From assembly GCA_030141605.1 (NCBI GenBank), contig JAQGDQ010000099.1, positions 79,194 through 143,193 on the forward strand: a DNA stretch of 64,000 bases, written 5' to 3'. The notes below the pieces were generated by a model that saw only the letters and a program-made list of their open reading frames with translations, did no database searches and was not told the DNA's origin. A program made the translations under genes and the position numbers. Source of the DNA: Tubiluchus corallicola. Its lineage: Eukaryota > Animalia > Priapulida. The number at the start of each line of letters is the position of its first letter. Position 1 is the stretch's first letter. Positions 13,511 through 28,040 of the stretch are shown in pieces.

Positions 13511-15432
13511 GCACACAATATTGTCATCAAATGGTCACGATCTTGTCAGGATATTGACAAAAATATTTTTAGAAAATATTGTCACCATGTTTGTACAATA
13601 TAGCATATTTTTGTTCAATATTGTCGTCCAATACAGCAATACTGGAATAACATGGTTTACAAATATTGATAAAAAATATTGGTATAATGTTGTGGCAAGT
13701 CTGCATTTCCATATGGTATCCATAAATTTTGCAATAATATTGCAACAACAGTGCTACTATATTGCCTGGGTCGAATCAGTGACTGTGAAGAACAGGTATA
13801 GAGCAAGTTCATGTAAACCAATGAATAGTGCAGACAATCTTGTAACGTTATAAAAGAAAAGCAACGATCAGAAACTTGTCTCTTTATTATTCGTTTCATT
13901 GACAATCAGCTCACCTAATCAAGAGATAACTCACTTCTTCCAGGACAAAGAGGAGCTTGCCGAAATAGGCAATTCCAGACTGTCAAAAAGAGGAAAACTA
14001 GTTAGGGACCTGACTGTTGGGCACTCTGGGAACAAGAAACAAAGAGATCTTGCCAGTAAGATCAGCGAATTTGGCTCTTTAGGGAGTACTAACCCCGATT
14101 ACATATTCGACAAAGCGAACAGGTTAAAGTACTTCTCAATATATTGCTTTTGCATTGACAACTAGATTAACTGACTAAGTAAATGATTATTTAGTAATGT
14201 AAATAATGTGGCTAATTAAATTTGAAGTCTTAAACATTTCGTTACAGGGATGCTTCAAAGTACCAGAGACCTTTGCTCCCCTTTTCCACCTATTTATCTT
14301 TGTTCTTTTTTGTCGTTCTTTTTTCTTAAACGCTTCTTGCTTTCTCATTCGCTTGGTTGTTTATGTGTTTGTCCGTTGATTTTGTTGTTCATTTGACTGT
14401 TCATTCACTTATGTGTCTCTTTATTTGTTCATTCTTTATTCGTTCAATATCTTCATTCTTCTCTCCTTTTCCTTTTTTCTATTCTTTCTTTTTTTCTTCT
14501 TCTCCCGTTTCTTCTTTCTTCGTGAACTATGCATTAAAGGTTTCAACTTCCACATTGTGCATCTGATACTAATTACACGGACTCCACTTTCATATACCCC
14601 CACCCCTGACTCCATATAATGATTAAAAATGAAATTTTTTAAAAAAAATTATGTAATGTAATACGTGTTATGTTAGTTTCGTGTTTCGTAATGTTAAATG
14701 TATAAATAGTGTGCACTATGTAATGTAAAATTTAATGTACTTTCCTATAATTGTTTGTGAAAATATTTTAATATGGTATTTGTAAATATGTTCATTATAT
14801 TGTATATAGTTTGCACTTTAGTTTTTTAGTATGCACTGGACGCATTTGTTTTGAACAGTGTTGTTATTTTAACATTACGCTGAGGCTAACTCAATTTTAT
14901 TATAATGAGGGAACCGTCTTTATGACAAATAAAGAATTAATATATATATATAAAAAGATCCAGCTAATATGACACTGTTTAAATAATGATGCGTAAAGTT
15001 TAGGAGCTAAAAATTTCTGTCAGTATAGTAAAATTATCACAGAAGCGACCTCGAATCTTGGGTGTCTTGCGACTTCTCAGAACTAAACGACGATCGTAAA
15101 ATCAGCACAAAATAGAAAATAAACTATCACTGACAGAAACTGGAAAAAAAATATGACTTCTGAGACGTTGAGTTATTATTATTACAATTTAGGTGCGCAT
15201 GAAGTATCTCGTATAAGGAGGCCATATTTACTGAATCGACTCATAGGCTCCAGCTACAAAAAAGAAAAGAAAAGAAAACAGAGCGAAACGAAACGAAATG
15301 CAGATTTGCTAGACCTAAATTGAAAATAAAAAGAGCAACTATTCCTTTTGGTGCACGGTAAAAATGGTGCACTTGCAAAACAGTCTAGGGTTAGGGTTAC
15401 TGTAATTATTTTAAGTAGATATTTTTAATTAT

Positions 15433-16320
15433 TTTTACCTCTGCCAAGGAATGTTTGTTTGCTTGCTTGCTTATTTGCTTGCTTGCTTGGTTGTTTGGTT
15501 TGTTGGTTGGTTGGTTGGTTGGTTGGTTGGTTGGTTAGTTGGTTGGTTGTTTGCTTGGTTGGTGTGAACTATGCATTGCAATGCTAAATGGATAAATAAA
15601 TACTTAAACACTAAAATTCTAAATATTAAAAATTTGTTCGTTGGTTGTTTGTTTTTTGGTTGGTTTTGTCTATTATACAACAGTAAGAATATTACGAAAA
15701 ACAACAGATTTCCACGAAATTTTGTGGAGAAAGTGGTTAGGCGACAAAACAGATATCGCCACCGAGGGGGCGAAAACTGCCAATATCGGCGTTTCTCGTT
15801 CGTTCCTTCTACTAGAAAACTTGACCGAACACCACGTGCAAGAAACGTTCATGTAGCAGTTCGTGGAGGTCGTAGGGGCAGTGTCATAACTCTTTGGAAA
15901 AATGAGAACTTAACTACAAAATAGGGTTGTTAATTCTTTTTTATTATTTCTACCAAGACATTTCGAAAAATTCTCGCTTAGAAAATGCGTAACGCTATAA
16001 CCATTATTTATATAGGCTTATAAAGTGACTTATGAAAATACGTATATTTCTCAGTTTATCACACCATTGCCAAATGGCTAAAGAATGTACCTAAGCACAT
16101 TATGGAATGCTCGTGCATTATTGATTATAATTCTATTTAACGAACAAAATATTTTGCGAGTCTTTTGCTGGTCGATATAATACTTATACTGATACATATT
16201 TTTATATTTCGCTTGCTTACTTTTGTCTTATGTTGTTTTATCTCAAAAGAATCAGACGAGCATGTTTAAGATTTTTCAACCTTGGCGGAGATTTGCTTCA
16301 TACTAAGCGCATTTTAGTTT
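15433..16320 (+). mobile_element. Non-autonomous Helentron/Helitron2-type element (HINE/DINE-like)
   Basis: T-rich start TTTTACCTCTGCCAAGG; subterminal inverted repeat CTCTGCCAAGG (15439-15449) / CCTTGGCGGAG (16280-16290); internal (GCTT)/(GTTG)n microsatellite 15455-15560; short 3' hairpin at ~16294-16311 followed by TTTTAGTTT. This is the recognised HINE architecture. Confidence 0.75.
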
Positions 16321-18281
16321 TACTATAGAAATGATTTGTATCAAAATAACATATGTGCCATTTTTCCTACTTTTCCATTTGTGCCGTTTTTTCCTGTGCC
16401 ATTTTAACCTACACTCAATACTTTTACAAATAAGTATGTTATTAATGAAGATTATCATTATTTTATATCTTTACTGTTATCTATTGATTTGATTGCCATT
16501 TCAAATTTATTCGGTACAAAAAATTTCTTCTGCTTTAAGTACTCAAGATTTATCTTCATTAAAGTTTCTACTAATGTACTGTAAGTTTATTTGTAGATTT
16601 TAGAAATATTGTAAATTTTGTATATCAAATATTGTACTGAATTTTTTTACCCGTGACTTTATTACCTGGATTCCTGTGGTACTGTATTTCAGTACAATCA
16701 ACAATGAAGATGATACGGACGCTACATTGTCCTTGATTTGCCTTGCTTACTGCGTTCCAAGTAACTTTCTATTGAATTAATTTGCTTACGAAGCAACACA
16801 AAACGTTGTACGTTTTTTGGACAATAGACCACTTGACCTCTACGGATAAAAGCTAAGTTGCAACGAGCTGTGGCGTAACGGAAGAAGTGAAAGCCAAAAA
16901 TGTAGGTCATTTTCGCTATTATCATTATACTCTCTTCCTGAATTAACACTTGAGATAACAGTCACAGTTTAGTAAATGTGTTAAATTTCGACGACAGATT
17001 CCATGCGTAAAAGCTATTAATGACCACTGCTTAGCTTGCAAATCGACAGAAACATGTAACGCGTTACACAGACACAGACTGTTGAAAATTTACTTTCAAT
17101 AACTGTATGTCCACATGTGAGCTGTTGGATCAAATTCGACCATCCGATTTACAGCTGATTTTCGAAAAAAGTAAATTTTCACCCAAATTTCGATTTTGGT
17201 ATAAAATGCATCTAAGATGTCTAAACTTCCGTATGCCTAGTAAAAATTAACTGTAAAGTGACGATAAAAGTATTGAAAACGTTTTTTGTGAGACCCTTTT
17301 CATTTGCAAAAGTAGACCAAAAGTAGGGGTACTTCAGCGGAGGCCCATCATTTTTTATGCGGTTTTCAACGTTTTAGAAGCGGCTAAGCGTTATCTAATA
17401 GAATTTTCTATTAATTTTTAGTTCAAAAATGTTCTTATAGAAATATAATTACTATGAGAAAGGTCACTTTAAATTTTAAAATTTACAATTCCAACACACA
17501 AGAAATTAGTTCAAGCGATTCCAACACGCAACTTTCTGATTCATAAATTTGATAAAAATTTTATTATCCGACTTTTTTTCTACAGTCAGCAAGAAGATAA
17601 ATCTTTGTTCTCTAAACCAGAGTCCGATCCGTCATAAGCTTGTGTCATTAACAAACGTAAGAAGTTATATATTATATTCTGATTAATATTTTTTCTTGCA
17701 TATTTTCAGACTTTTATATGAACATATGGGATACATGTATTTCACTGATGTTACTAAAATGTTAAGAGTGTGATGTTCAGTTTTTAACATTTCAGTATAA
17801 TATACCTTATAGACAATGATCTTATATAAAAAAAAATCTTATAGACAATGATTACGCATAAAAATCCATGTGGGGAAGTGCTACTGCCTCCCTCAGTTGT
17901 CATTTCCCACAAAGTGAAAATTTCTGGACAGTGTACCCACTACCAAATTTCCAGCTACTACACTAAATTTTGTTACACAAACCTCAAAAGAAAAGCTCAA
18001 AGATATTGGTTAAATTCTAGTAAAGTCTGTGGTGGATTCAGTGTAGAGAAATACGAATCCAGGTAAAAGAAAGACAAAGACACAATTTATTTACTGTCGC
18101 CCATTTAACAGAAAACATTAGCACTAACGGCTATTTAGCGACAACAATACAGGTAAGGACGCAACACCCGTAACGAATAACATGTAGGGTATATGTTCTG
18201 GCGTTGACAGCCGCTTGTTTCAAACTGACTGCATGCTGCAGTCTAAAATGTAAATCACTCGTAAGGTAAGGTAAGGTAAAA

Positions 18282-18465
18282 GGTAAAAAGTCACAGGAAA
18301 ACAAGTCACATGTAAAAAAACTCACATGAAAAAGTCACAGATTAAAGTCATAGGAAAAAAGTCACAGGAAAAATAATCATAATCCTAACCCTAACTCTAA
18401 TTGCATTTTACCTGCGACTTTTTCCTAGCCAAAATTTCCGACCCTGTGACTTTATACCAGTCACC
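18282..18465. mobile_element. Foldback-like repeat with internal AAAAAGTCACAGG units and CCTAAC repeats
   Basis: About 6 degenerate AAAAGTCACA units on the left, inverted TGCGACTTTT/TGTGACTTT units on the right, and central CCTAACCCTAACTCTAA. A related right end occurs at ~16643-16672. Confidence 0.6.
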
Positions 18466-18895
18466 AGAAAAACAGTGTTAGCACACCTATAAACTATAAG
18501 TTTTTTTGACAAGACACTTGCGTAAGTTGTGCTCCACATGCGTCATAATCAGTTCGTAATTCAAGCTGTGTCATAAATGTCCAATTGATATCGGTGTGTA
18601 GAAACAAACAAGCTAAAATATTCGATCCCGAGAAGAAGAAGAGAAATCTAGATATTTTATTAAATTCCTGCGCGTCGAAGTCCTTATAAGGCATTCATGC
18701 ATTTGTTCAATTTTTACTATGGCAAGTGAATGGATTTTAAGGTTATGAAAAATGGTGTATGGGTGTTCTAAGAGTTCTTCGTTGTTTTAAAAATTCTTAA
18801 AATATAGTAATTGCAAGAGGAACTAAATGATAGTCTAGTTGATGAGTAAGTGATTCAAGAGAATGTTGGTGGTATCAAACCTGGCTTCATCATAA

Positions 18896-19097
18896 TGGCG
18901 CGTTCAGACTAGAGAGTTTTCTCCCAACTTATTGCGCAACGTCTCTCTGAGAGTAAATTCGCAAGACTTTAGTGTGAACGGCTTGGCAACTTCTCTCGCA
19001 ACGTATTGCAAACTCAGCGAGAGTTGCTGAGAGTTCATGCGCAAGTTGACGCTCTCAGATCGAAGTTGCGAGATAACTCTCTAGTCTGAGTAAGCCA
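18896..19097. mobile_element. PIF/Harbinger-like MITE, copy 1
   Basis: ~35-bp TIRs TGGCGCGTTCAGACTAGAGAGTTTTCTCCCAACTT / AAGTTGCGAGATAACTCTCTAGTCTGAGTAAGCCA, flanked by TAA and TTA. Confidence 0.8.
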
Positions 19098-19104
19098 TTA
19101 TTAA

Positions 19105-19655
19105 CACATACAGTGTAAACACTGTATACACATACACATCACTACATACAGTGCAACACTAATGTTAGAAAATTTTCTATTAAATACAATGGCCCTTACA
19201 TATGGAATTCAATTGCTCCAGCTATTAAAAATGTCAACTCGCTTTCCATATTTAAAAAAATATATTAATTAAACTTACTCGAAACATATAACTGATGACT
19301 CAATCATGATTTGTTGTTTTCTTTTTCAAAAACTGTATAGTAAAATAAAATTTTTAATACTTCCCACCCGTATTTATATTTATATATGTATATATTGTAA
19401 TGTTGTATCTATGTTGTATATGTAATGTTGTATATTGTAATGTTATATATTGTAATGTTGTATATATTGCAATTTTTTTCGTAATTCTAGTGGCCTACCA
19501 TAAGCTAGCTTCCTAGGTCTCTAGCGCAGAATACATGAATTTTATCATATTTTTGTATTAACAAAACCTGATGCACATGTAATGTAATGTAATGTGATGT
19601 ATATGTATATGTTTATTGCGAAATAAATCTATTAAAATCAATAAAATCAATCCAT
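19105..19655 (+). mobile_element. 3' end of a CR1/L2-like LINE (ORF2 C-terminus plus 3'UTR)
   Basis: CNTNVRKFSIKYNGPYIWNSIAPAIKNVNSLSIFKK from 19152, followed by an AT-rich tail with TGTAATGTTGTATAT repeats and terminal AATAAA/AATC repeats. Confidence 0.65.
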
Positions 19656-21299
19656 TTTATTTTTACCACACATTCTACGTTATTTACACCTTTGCTCTAG
19701 AGCAAGAATTTACCACAACATGAACGCCATTGGTAGATTCGCTAGCAAAAGAATTAGAAAATCTAATTAGTGGAAATTAGAGTGTGTTTAGTACCCTGCC
19801 TAGGTGTGCATTTACTAAGAATTTACCATCGCTGTCTTGATAATTGACGTCCTTGGAGTTCCTTTACTTGTCTGGGCGTTTATTCTACACCTGATTTGAA
19901 AACAGGATTGGCATTTTAACCTAAGTCACCTCTTAATCACGCAACAAAAGTTCCTCAAAGAATTCAGATTATATTAATCTGATCATATTAGCTTTGCTGT
20001 GTGTATAAATGTCCCACTAATAAACTACTGAGTAAATTAAACTGCCTTTATAAAATAAAATGACTTGATTAAATGAGGTCTCGCAAAACGAAAACCAGTT
20101 CACATTAATCGTTGCTAATAGAATCTTAATACTATTAGAAGACTGTTGATTAATTTTACCCGTATACACATCACATCAGTTCACATGCACGTAACATGTG
20201 AAAAGTTCACATTGATCAAGTGTTGCCTTTACGCATCCTTAATGGGAATTGTATGATTTAAGTAACTCAAAACACACCAATTAATAACGAGGTTTGCTAC
20301 TTGACAAGAGATGGCCACCGCATACGTTCCGTAATTGTAAACCAGTTCCGTACACTAGTCTTTTTGCAACAGCGGTGCCAGCACGAAAATAGGTATTTAG
20401 CAACCTGAAACTCCTTTAATCTCACCGTCACCGTCATCAACGTCAGCATCATCATCATTATAGTCATCGTCATTATCACTGTTATGAATCAAGTCGATCC
20501 CCTTGCCCCACAAATGGTGTTATCGGCGTTTACAAAACTTAAAGTTCTCCTGTATATCTAATAATAATAATACAACTGTAAAAATGTCTTGAAATTTTGC
20601 ACTTTTAGCTATGTACAAAGAACAAAGTATAGAAAACAAGCTCTCGGTATCCGGGAATATTAGTCTTAACGAGAGCAAAATCACCAATGATGTGATAAAG
20701 CTGCCTACTGGTATTTATTTAGAAACGGTGCAGTCATGTTACAAATTTTAGTAATGGTATTGCAACTGTTATTCGTGAGTTTTTGTGAAGTAATATGTAG
20801 ATTTAATCAGTTTTTTTTTTGTTTATTTGTGGACTTTGGATTGAAAATGACCATTGAAGATGGTTGAAACGTATCCTGCACATTTTCTAAAAAAATACCA
20901 CAAGGCGTGTCTATCACATCGTTAGCGATTTTTTTTACAAATCACTGGTTTTACAAGCCAGATATTTGAATTAAATAATAGCCGAGAGTTCAAAGTTGAA
21001 GGTTCAGTCAAGCTTTCAGTACAAGACTTTTGCACTGCTTTTATAAAGCTCAAGGTCAAATTATTCCTATGGGATTGTACTTGTCATAGGTAATTGGCTC
21101 TGTGAGTGTGAGATCAGATCGAGACTGGAAACCTTTTAAGCAAGTTGTCAGACCATAAAGCAGATTTTTTACTAATTAATATCTGAAAATTCTTACCAAG
21201 ATTAGAAGTCATAAAAACTACTGTATATGAAAAACTTGGCAGAAACAGCTTGTATAATCTTGATTCTTTTTCGTTTTTCTATTTTACCAAAAAGCCAAA

Positions 21300-22070
21300 G
21301 CTTGCCATCTTATAAACCCAAATATCAAGCAACCAAGGTAGATCCAATACACTGACTGGATGACATAGACGCACGCCTGGAAGCTATCTAATGAAGAAAA
21401 GACATTTGTTCTAGGAAACCTTTGCTCCGGGTGATATTTAACACAACTCAAGAAAAATCAGGGTTGATTAATGTCTCGAGCCCCATCAGTACTAATATAG
21501 ACAAGGCAACATGTTGTCTGTACAGTTTCTGTTGACGTGTTTTGATCTAAGTACTGACAAGGTTTCGCTTTCCTCCGGCTAAGTCAATTGTGCATCTCAT
21601 TTACACAGAGAATGTCAGAGGTCTTCTAGGAATTGATTGGAAAAATTGGAATAGATGAACTAAATAATTCCAGTTTTCAGCAGGATGTTGAATTAATTGT
21701 TTACTCAAAGTAGACCTCAGATTTATCCTGTTAAATAGATAACTAGCATTTTACACTAGAAGCAGTGCTGTCAAAAGACTTTATGAGCTCTTGTTACAAG
21801 TCTATCATATACAGACAAACCAAACTATTGCTAAGAGTTATTTAAAGATAACGCCTTAACTATCTGAATTTTCAAGAACTTATCCTCTCATTGCTATAAA
21901 GTGTCAATTTAGTTTCATACAATTTACTCCATGCATGTTGAGAATAAATTCTGTAAGAAAATATCACCAGTTTTCTCATAAAATATGTACTAATTTTCTG
22001 AAAAATTAGACTTGAGTTAACGATAGCAAAGTTTTAAACAAAATTTGGAACACTGCAACATAATTTTGCA
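21300..22070 (+). mobile_element. Highly degenerate LINE ORF2 remnant (endonuclease/linker region)
   Basis: Scattered remnants such as TFVLGNL, IDWKNW and IWNT occur in the expected order, with many stops. Confidence 0.3.
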
Positions 22071-25042
22071 AGGTCGTCCTTGAACAAAACATTGGTCAGT
22101 CGTTGGTCAGTGACACTGCGTGTCAAACGTACCTTAGAAGGCCACATAGCAAGCTCGAAACTTGAAATTTGGTCGAACTAGGTGTCTACGGTTACATGTA
22201 TGAATTACATGGAATGCCCTTGAAAGAAATGGATGACTCTGGCGACTTATCTGACTTAGACTTAAAATTAAAAAGTTCATAGTACCGTGCATCCCTCAGT
22301 AGGTACTTGAAGATCGTCGTTTTACACGTTCTTTTCGTCCCATGCAAACATGCCAACAGGATTTGTGATCATTTTCTAAAAATACTTGGAAACTGTCGCA
22401 AATCATCATTAACAACATCCGCACCGCACCGGCAGCGCGTCCTAAGCTTCACATACCCGGCCCAGTCTCACAAACACTTGCTCGCTGACAGCGGTTATAA
22501 TAGTGTAAAGTAAAATCTATAGAAAACCCAGGAAAAACGCAAAGGATGCGCGCACGTTTAGTAGTTATTTGTTAAATATTTCAGGAAATGTATCACTATT
22601 ACATACGAACCAGACTACATTTGGTTAAGCAGCTGTTAAGCAAATCACTGCAAAAATGGATTCAAGATTCAATTATTTCACTCAAGAATGTGTGCGTTGT
22701 ACCAAAATTTTGTGTAAAAGATTAAACGCTGTTACCCTTCGACCAAAATATTGGCATTAATGAAAAATTGTCAATTGACACACAAAACTGTTGTGAAATC
22801 ATAGTTTGTTATTATACGGCAGTAAAATTAGTTACCAATGTCTTAATTATTTAAAATTTATGCATGATCAGTCTAAACGAATATAGTAAGCAACGATATG
22901 TGTTTAAAACGATACTAATAATGATCGCCTTGTTGTTATTGTTCTTAACATTGTGTTACGACAACTCCTGTAACTGTATTTGTGGGCTCGTTGTTGTTGC
23001 TCTTGTTCCTATCGCTGTTGTTGTCGTTGTTAACATTTTTCATCTTATTCTCTTTCGGTTTTTTCTAGCTTTATTGTTGCAGTTCTTTGAGTAGACACTA
23101 CACGATATGGCGATAAGCGACAAGTTTAAAATAAACGCGAATATCAGGTTTAAGTAGGATGACTGCACGAACGGATCCTGTATGGAGTACGACCGTATAA
23201 CACCAGGATGTTAGCTTTTCAGTGAAAATGAAAGTTAAATTTGGTTAAGTATCTAGTCACTGGCTTTAGAGAAGCTCTATCGACCCGCGTGGTTACTTGG
23301 CTACTACGAAAGTGGAATAAAATTCAATCCCAACGTCTGTCATTTATTCTTGATTGAATTTTACTGACAATAATGCATGATGAAGTAGTGGTACGTACAC
23401 ATGAGAAATGCTATTCAACATGATGCTAAGGCCTGTCTAGACAGACGAATACTGAGTCCCTTATTCCAATGCGTATAGTTCTACCTGTTTAAGCTTGAGA
23501 TAAAAATACAGTCCATAATCACAAACCGTAAAAGCGCCTTGACAACTAAAATGAAACGTATACTGTAACATATAGTTTGTCTTGTCTTGGTAGACGTTTT
23601 GTCTTTAGTTTAAATTATTATACTTAATTTGCATTATTGTGTAGTTATTAAGGTAATATATGTATTAATGTGTTATATATGTACATTTTTGTAAACAGTG
23701 CATGTATTGTGCGAATAGTAATTGCCCAATAAATATTAAATATTAAACATTTACATTTTTGTTAGTTAAATATTTATGTAATAATGATTACTTTTTATCG
23801 AATGCGCCCTTTCGCAGCTGAGACAATGTAATGCAGCAAAAACTGTAGCGATCCATCAGAAACTACATCTAATAGTGCTATCAACTGTCTCATAGTGCGT
23901 GATAAAATGTGCAAGCACGCACTTATCGACAATTATTAGTAGTCTAATTATAGGCTAATAGTCTCACAAAGTAGTACCACAAAACGGAGCAAAAAGGGAC
24001 GGTGTGGTGAATAGGGACAAAGCCCAAGAAAAGTTATTAAAGTTCCGGCTACATTGCAAGAATAAGCAAGTTCATTGTAGTTTTGTAAACCAACCTGATG
24101 CATACACTAGCTACCAAGGACTCTATATCATTGTATATTTGTTTACTTTAGCTATGTAAGCTTATTAGAATATGTAACGACTTTATTTGATTTGACATAA
24201 GTTAAAGCAATCAACGCTAAGACATGCTCCCATGCAAAAAATTAGAACTTAAAAAGACGCTTGCCTTGCATGCATCCTATAATTTCTGTACGTTTTAGCG
24301 CTATAGACTGTGTATAGACAGGCAAACCCAACATTTGTAGATATAATTCTGAAGAACGTACAATAGTTTAAACGAAATTAAAGAGTCGAAAAATAATAAC
24401 AGTGACCTCGTGAAGCAAAAACCAAGCAATCGAGTAAATATTATACAACCGATCAAAGAGACGACCAGCTCTTAAATGCTTTTGCTATGAGAAAACTAAA
24501 CTTACCGCACAGTTCATAGAGATATCATAAATTTTTCGACTCAAAAGATACGCCTTGGAACAACAATAAAACCAATCGAACAAGTTTATGAAAAAAATAC
24601 CACGTTAAAACAACAAGAGCTCAAGGGCATACGTTTAACGGTAAAAAAATCCACACCAATGATCACTTTAACTGTGGAGTTAAGCAGTTACAAGATTTTT
24701 GTGAGGCAGATGGTGGGCCTACAAACACTCGCTAAGGTTGACTCGCATGGTTAACCCAAAGAAGGACAAATAATTGATTTTTAGGCATTTTAGTAACTGA
24801 TAAGAGCGTAAGCTCATCCCACCCACACAACTACTTAAGTGTTTGAGTAACTGCTCCACGTCGTGTGTTTAATTTCCGTCTGGCTTTTATTTTTCTACTT
24901 AATTCCTGGAAAGGGGCGAAAAGAAAAACTGAACTATTGATTAATAACACCGAAACACCGATGAGCACATCATTAATCATAAATCACCATTATACTCGTT
25001 ACTTGATTATTGATCCCTAGTATACAAGTTACTGATCATTGG

Positions 25043-25227
<185 letters not shown>

Positions 25228-27950
25228 GCCTTTAACATGTGTTGCAAGGAATTGAAATTGACTACACATAACGCAAAACAAGGGCTTTTGCCTGAAGCAT
25301 CTTATACGTTGCATAACTCCAACTTGCTACGCACACTATGATCACAAGGTTATATCAAACTTGTAAACATGTTATTTTACTGAATTATATTGTCATTTGG
25401 TTAGGAATGCGGCTTAGTTAATTACGTACGTTGTAAGTTAAATTATCTTCCATATCTATAGAAAACTTGCAACTGATGAACGCTCTCGTTAATGAAACGT
25501 AATACTTAGAAAGGTGAAGACAATAAACTACGAACAGTAGAAACATTACTGTATAACTACTAGCAGTACATAGACTGCACATAGTATAGTATACACGGGA
25601 AATATACATACATAGCATAATGTTGAAAATAACGTTACTAAAAAATCCAAATACTATTGTGCTGTGGTGGGCTAAACTAGCCTACTGCTCAGCTTTATAT
25701 CTTTCTTGTATTCGAATTTAAACAAATTAAATCAATCAACCAAAGCAAATCAGGAACCACTTGGCAGATAAAGTTACAGCAGTCAAAGAGGTGCGTACAA
25801 AAATGATCAACAAGCGACGAAGCTCAAAATGACCAGAGTTTGTGTCACGTTAAGTGTTACTAAATGTGCATTTGATAACGCACAACGAAAACCATCTTAA
25901 ACTTGTCATAACCAAATTTTAGTTTGCAGCAGGAACAGGTAGTAGCAAGTAAGCCTAGTTACAGGCTCATAACTAGAGAATAAAGTTGTCACCGGCGTAA
26001 CAGGCGCGGTCATTCAAAACACTGTCATTCTCAAGTTTGTCAGTGTTGAAGGACTGTGTGGATTTCATTCAAGTTTGACGATATCAAGCTGGTCTTGACT
26101 TTTCGTCAGTGTCGGTCCTCATTCTAGGAATGAACAGCCAATAATATCTGGCATGGTGACGTAGCTAGAAGAGCTCATTTACAGCGCTTCCGTAAACGCA
26201 TTCACTAAAAACAGCGAGATATAAACAAAAACCAACCGTATAAGTAATATTTGTGTAAGTGCATGAATACAAAAATTTTCGTGAGTGACTTTACGTAAGT
26301 TTTATAGACTTCTACGAGGAAATGCACAGGAATTTACGCTGGCACTGCGGCCATTAACCTGCAAAACCTCGAGCTATGATGTTTAGACAACCAACTCTTT
26401 CTGCATTATTTCGAGGTGAAAATTTGTTAACTGCAATCGAACACACTTGATGTCAGTTGAATATAATTTAAAAATTCGTTTGCGCTTCTGCTTTTAATTC
26501 CTGGAATAGTTGATAACAATTTCTTGTTTCACTTCTCTGCCGAAGTTCTTTTTCTTCGATTTCGCTTTCCCTTTGCAAGACATGCTAAGACAAACCTCCG
26601 TTTTATACAAGCCGTTTTGAGAGTTAAATATTTTGAATGTCGTTCTTTTGCATGTCTGTCTTTTGACGAACCCAATTAATGATAAAATGTATCTGTTGGT
26701 ATTCTTCTTAATTCGGCCGAGGTTGTAGTTTTCAGAAAAAGAATTTTCCGGTCGATAAGAAATCCGAGAGAAATTGGTTATTTATAAGCAGGTGTTCTGC
26801 ATCTATGAATGTCAATAGTGAGCTTCTGTTTAACTTCATTTCTGTCTCTGACCAAGGTGTGAGAAATGCGTTTAATTTTCAACAGAATTCAAACCAACTC
26901 TTCATCCACAATATGATTACAAGCTTATTCAAACGTGTAAGCACGTTATTTTCCTAAATTTTATTGTCATTTAGAGGATCTGTTGAAATTACAGGATCTA
27001 CTGCCCAATTAAAAGACAAGAAACCCTTTACTTACATAGAGCTTTAAAAAATTCAACTTGAAATTTTGTATCACCCACATGCTACCTTATTCCACACTGA
27101 GGTTGTATTAACAGTAACGCTGTGTAAAACTTGAAAGTTTAAACTCCCGCGATAATCGTTAAGCGCAGTCATTTTAAAGGCAAGTCATTTGTAACAAATT
27201 CATATAATATTGCATATAAACTTTGAAAAAATAATCAGAGCATTCGTAGTGTACACTTTACTAACTAAGCAAAAGTATAAATTGTTTTATCTTGTCAATA
27301 AAATTAATTATATATTTTTGGTGAGCCAGTGGTGCACGCTGGGAAGATGAGTCAGCGATGTTTTACCAATTGGCTCAAACACTTTAAATTACTAATAATT
27401 TTCATTTCTAGTTACACGACTCTTTCAGACAGACAAGCGTAATGCAAAGTAATATAACTTTGTATGGAAAGTTTTTTGAGACATACTTTAAAATTGCCTT
27501 TTCTTCCCCTTTAATTTTCATTCATTTAGTGTTTCTTTCTTGACACACTCACGTTTAATTTCAATATGATAATCAGCTAAATTACAAATTAGTCTATAAA
27601 TCCATAATCTTGAACTAACTTCAATCAAGACATAGACTTCTCAAAAATTCACTTTTCTCCAACACAAAGGTTTAGTGAACGAGGCGTGAATGGAAATGCG
27701 AAAATAAGTACCCTCACATAGTTAATAAACACATTAACCCTGAATTACAATTCACACCTTAATCTCACGTGGACACGAAGCACCTTGGACTGTAATTTGA
27801 ACTTCCGTTAGAAACTGATCTTGCAGCTTGTGAACTTGAAAAGAAAAGTACAGACGAAGCTATAGGCGCTTGTAGTCAGAAATTGTAAATCATTCCATTA
27901 CAAGTTATTGGTTCGACCGCTGAACATTCTCAACCGCATTTGCCTGTAAT

Positions 27951-28040
<90 letters not shown>
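27951..28040. repeat. (TCTG)n microsatellite
   Basis: Directly visible. Confidence 0.97.
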
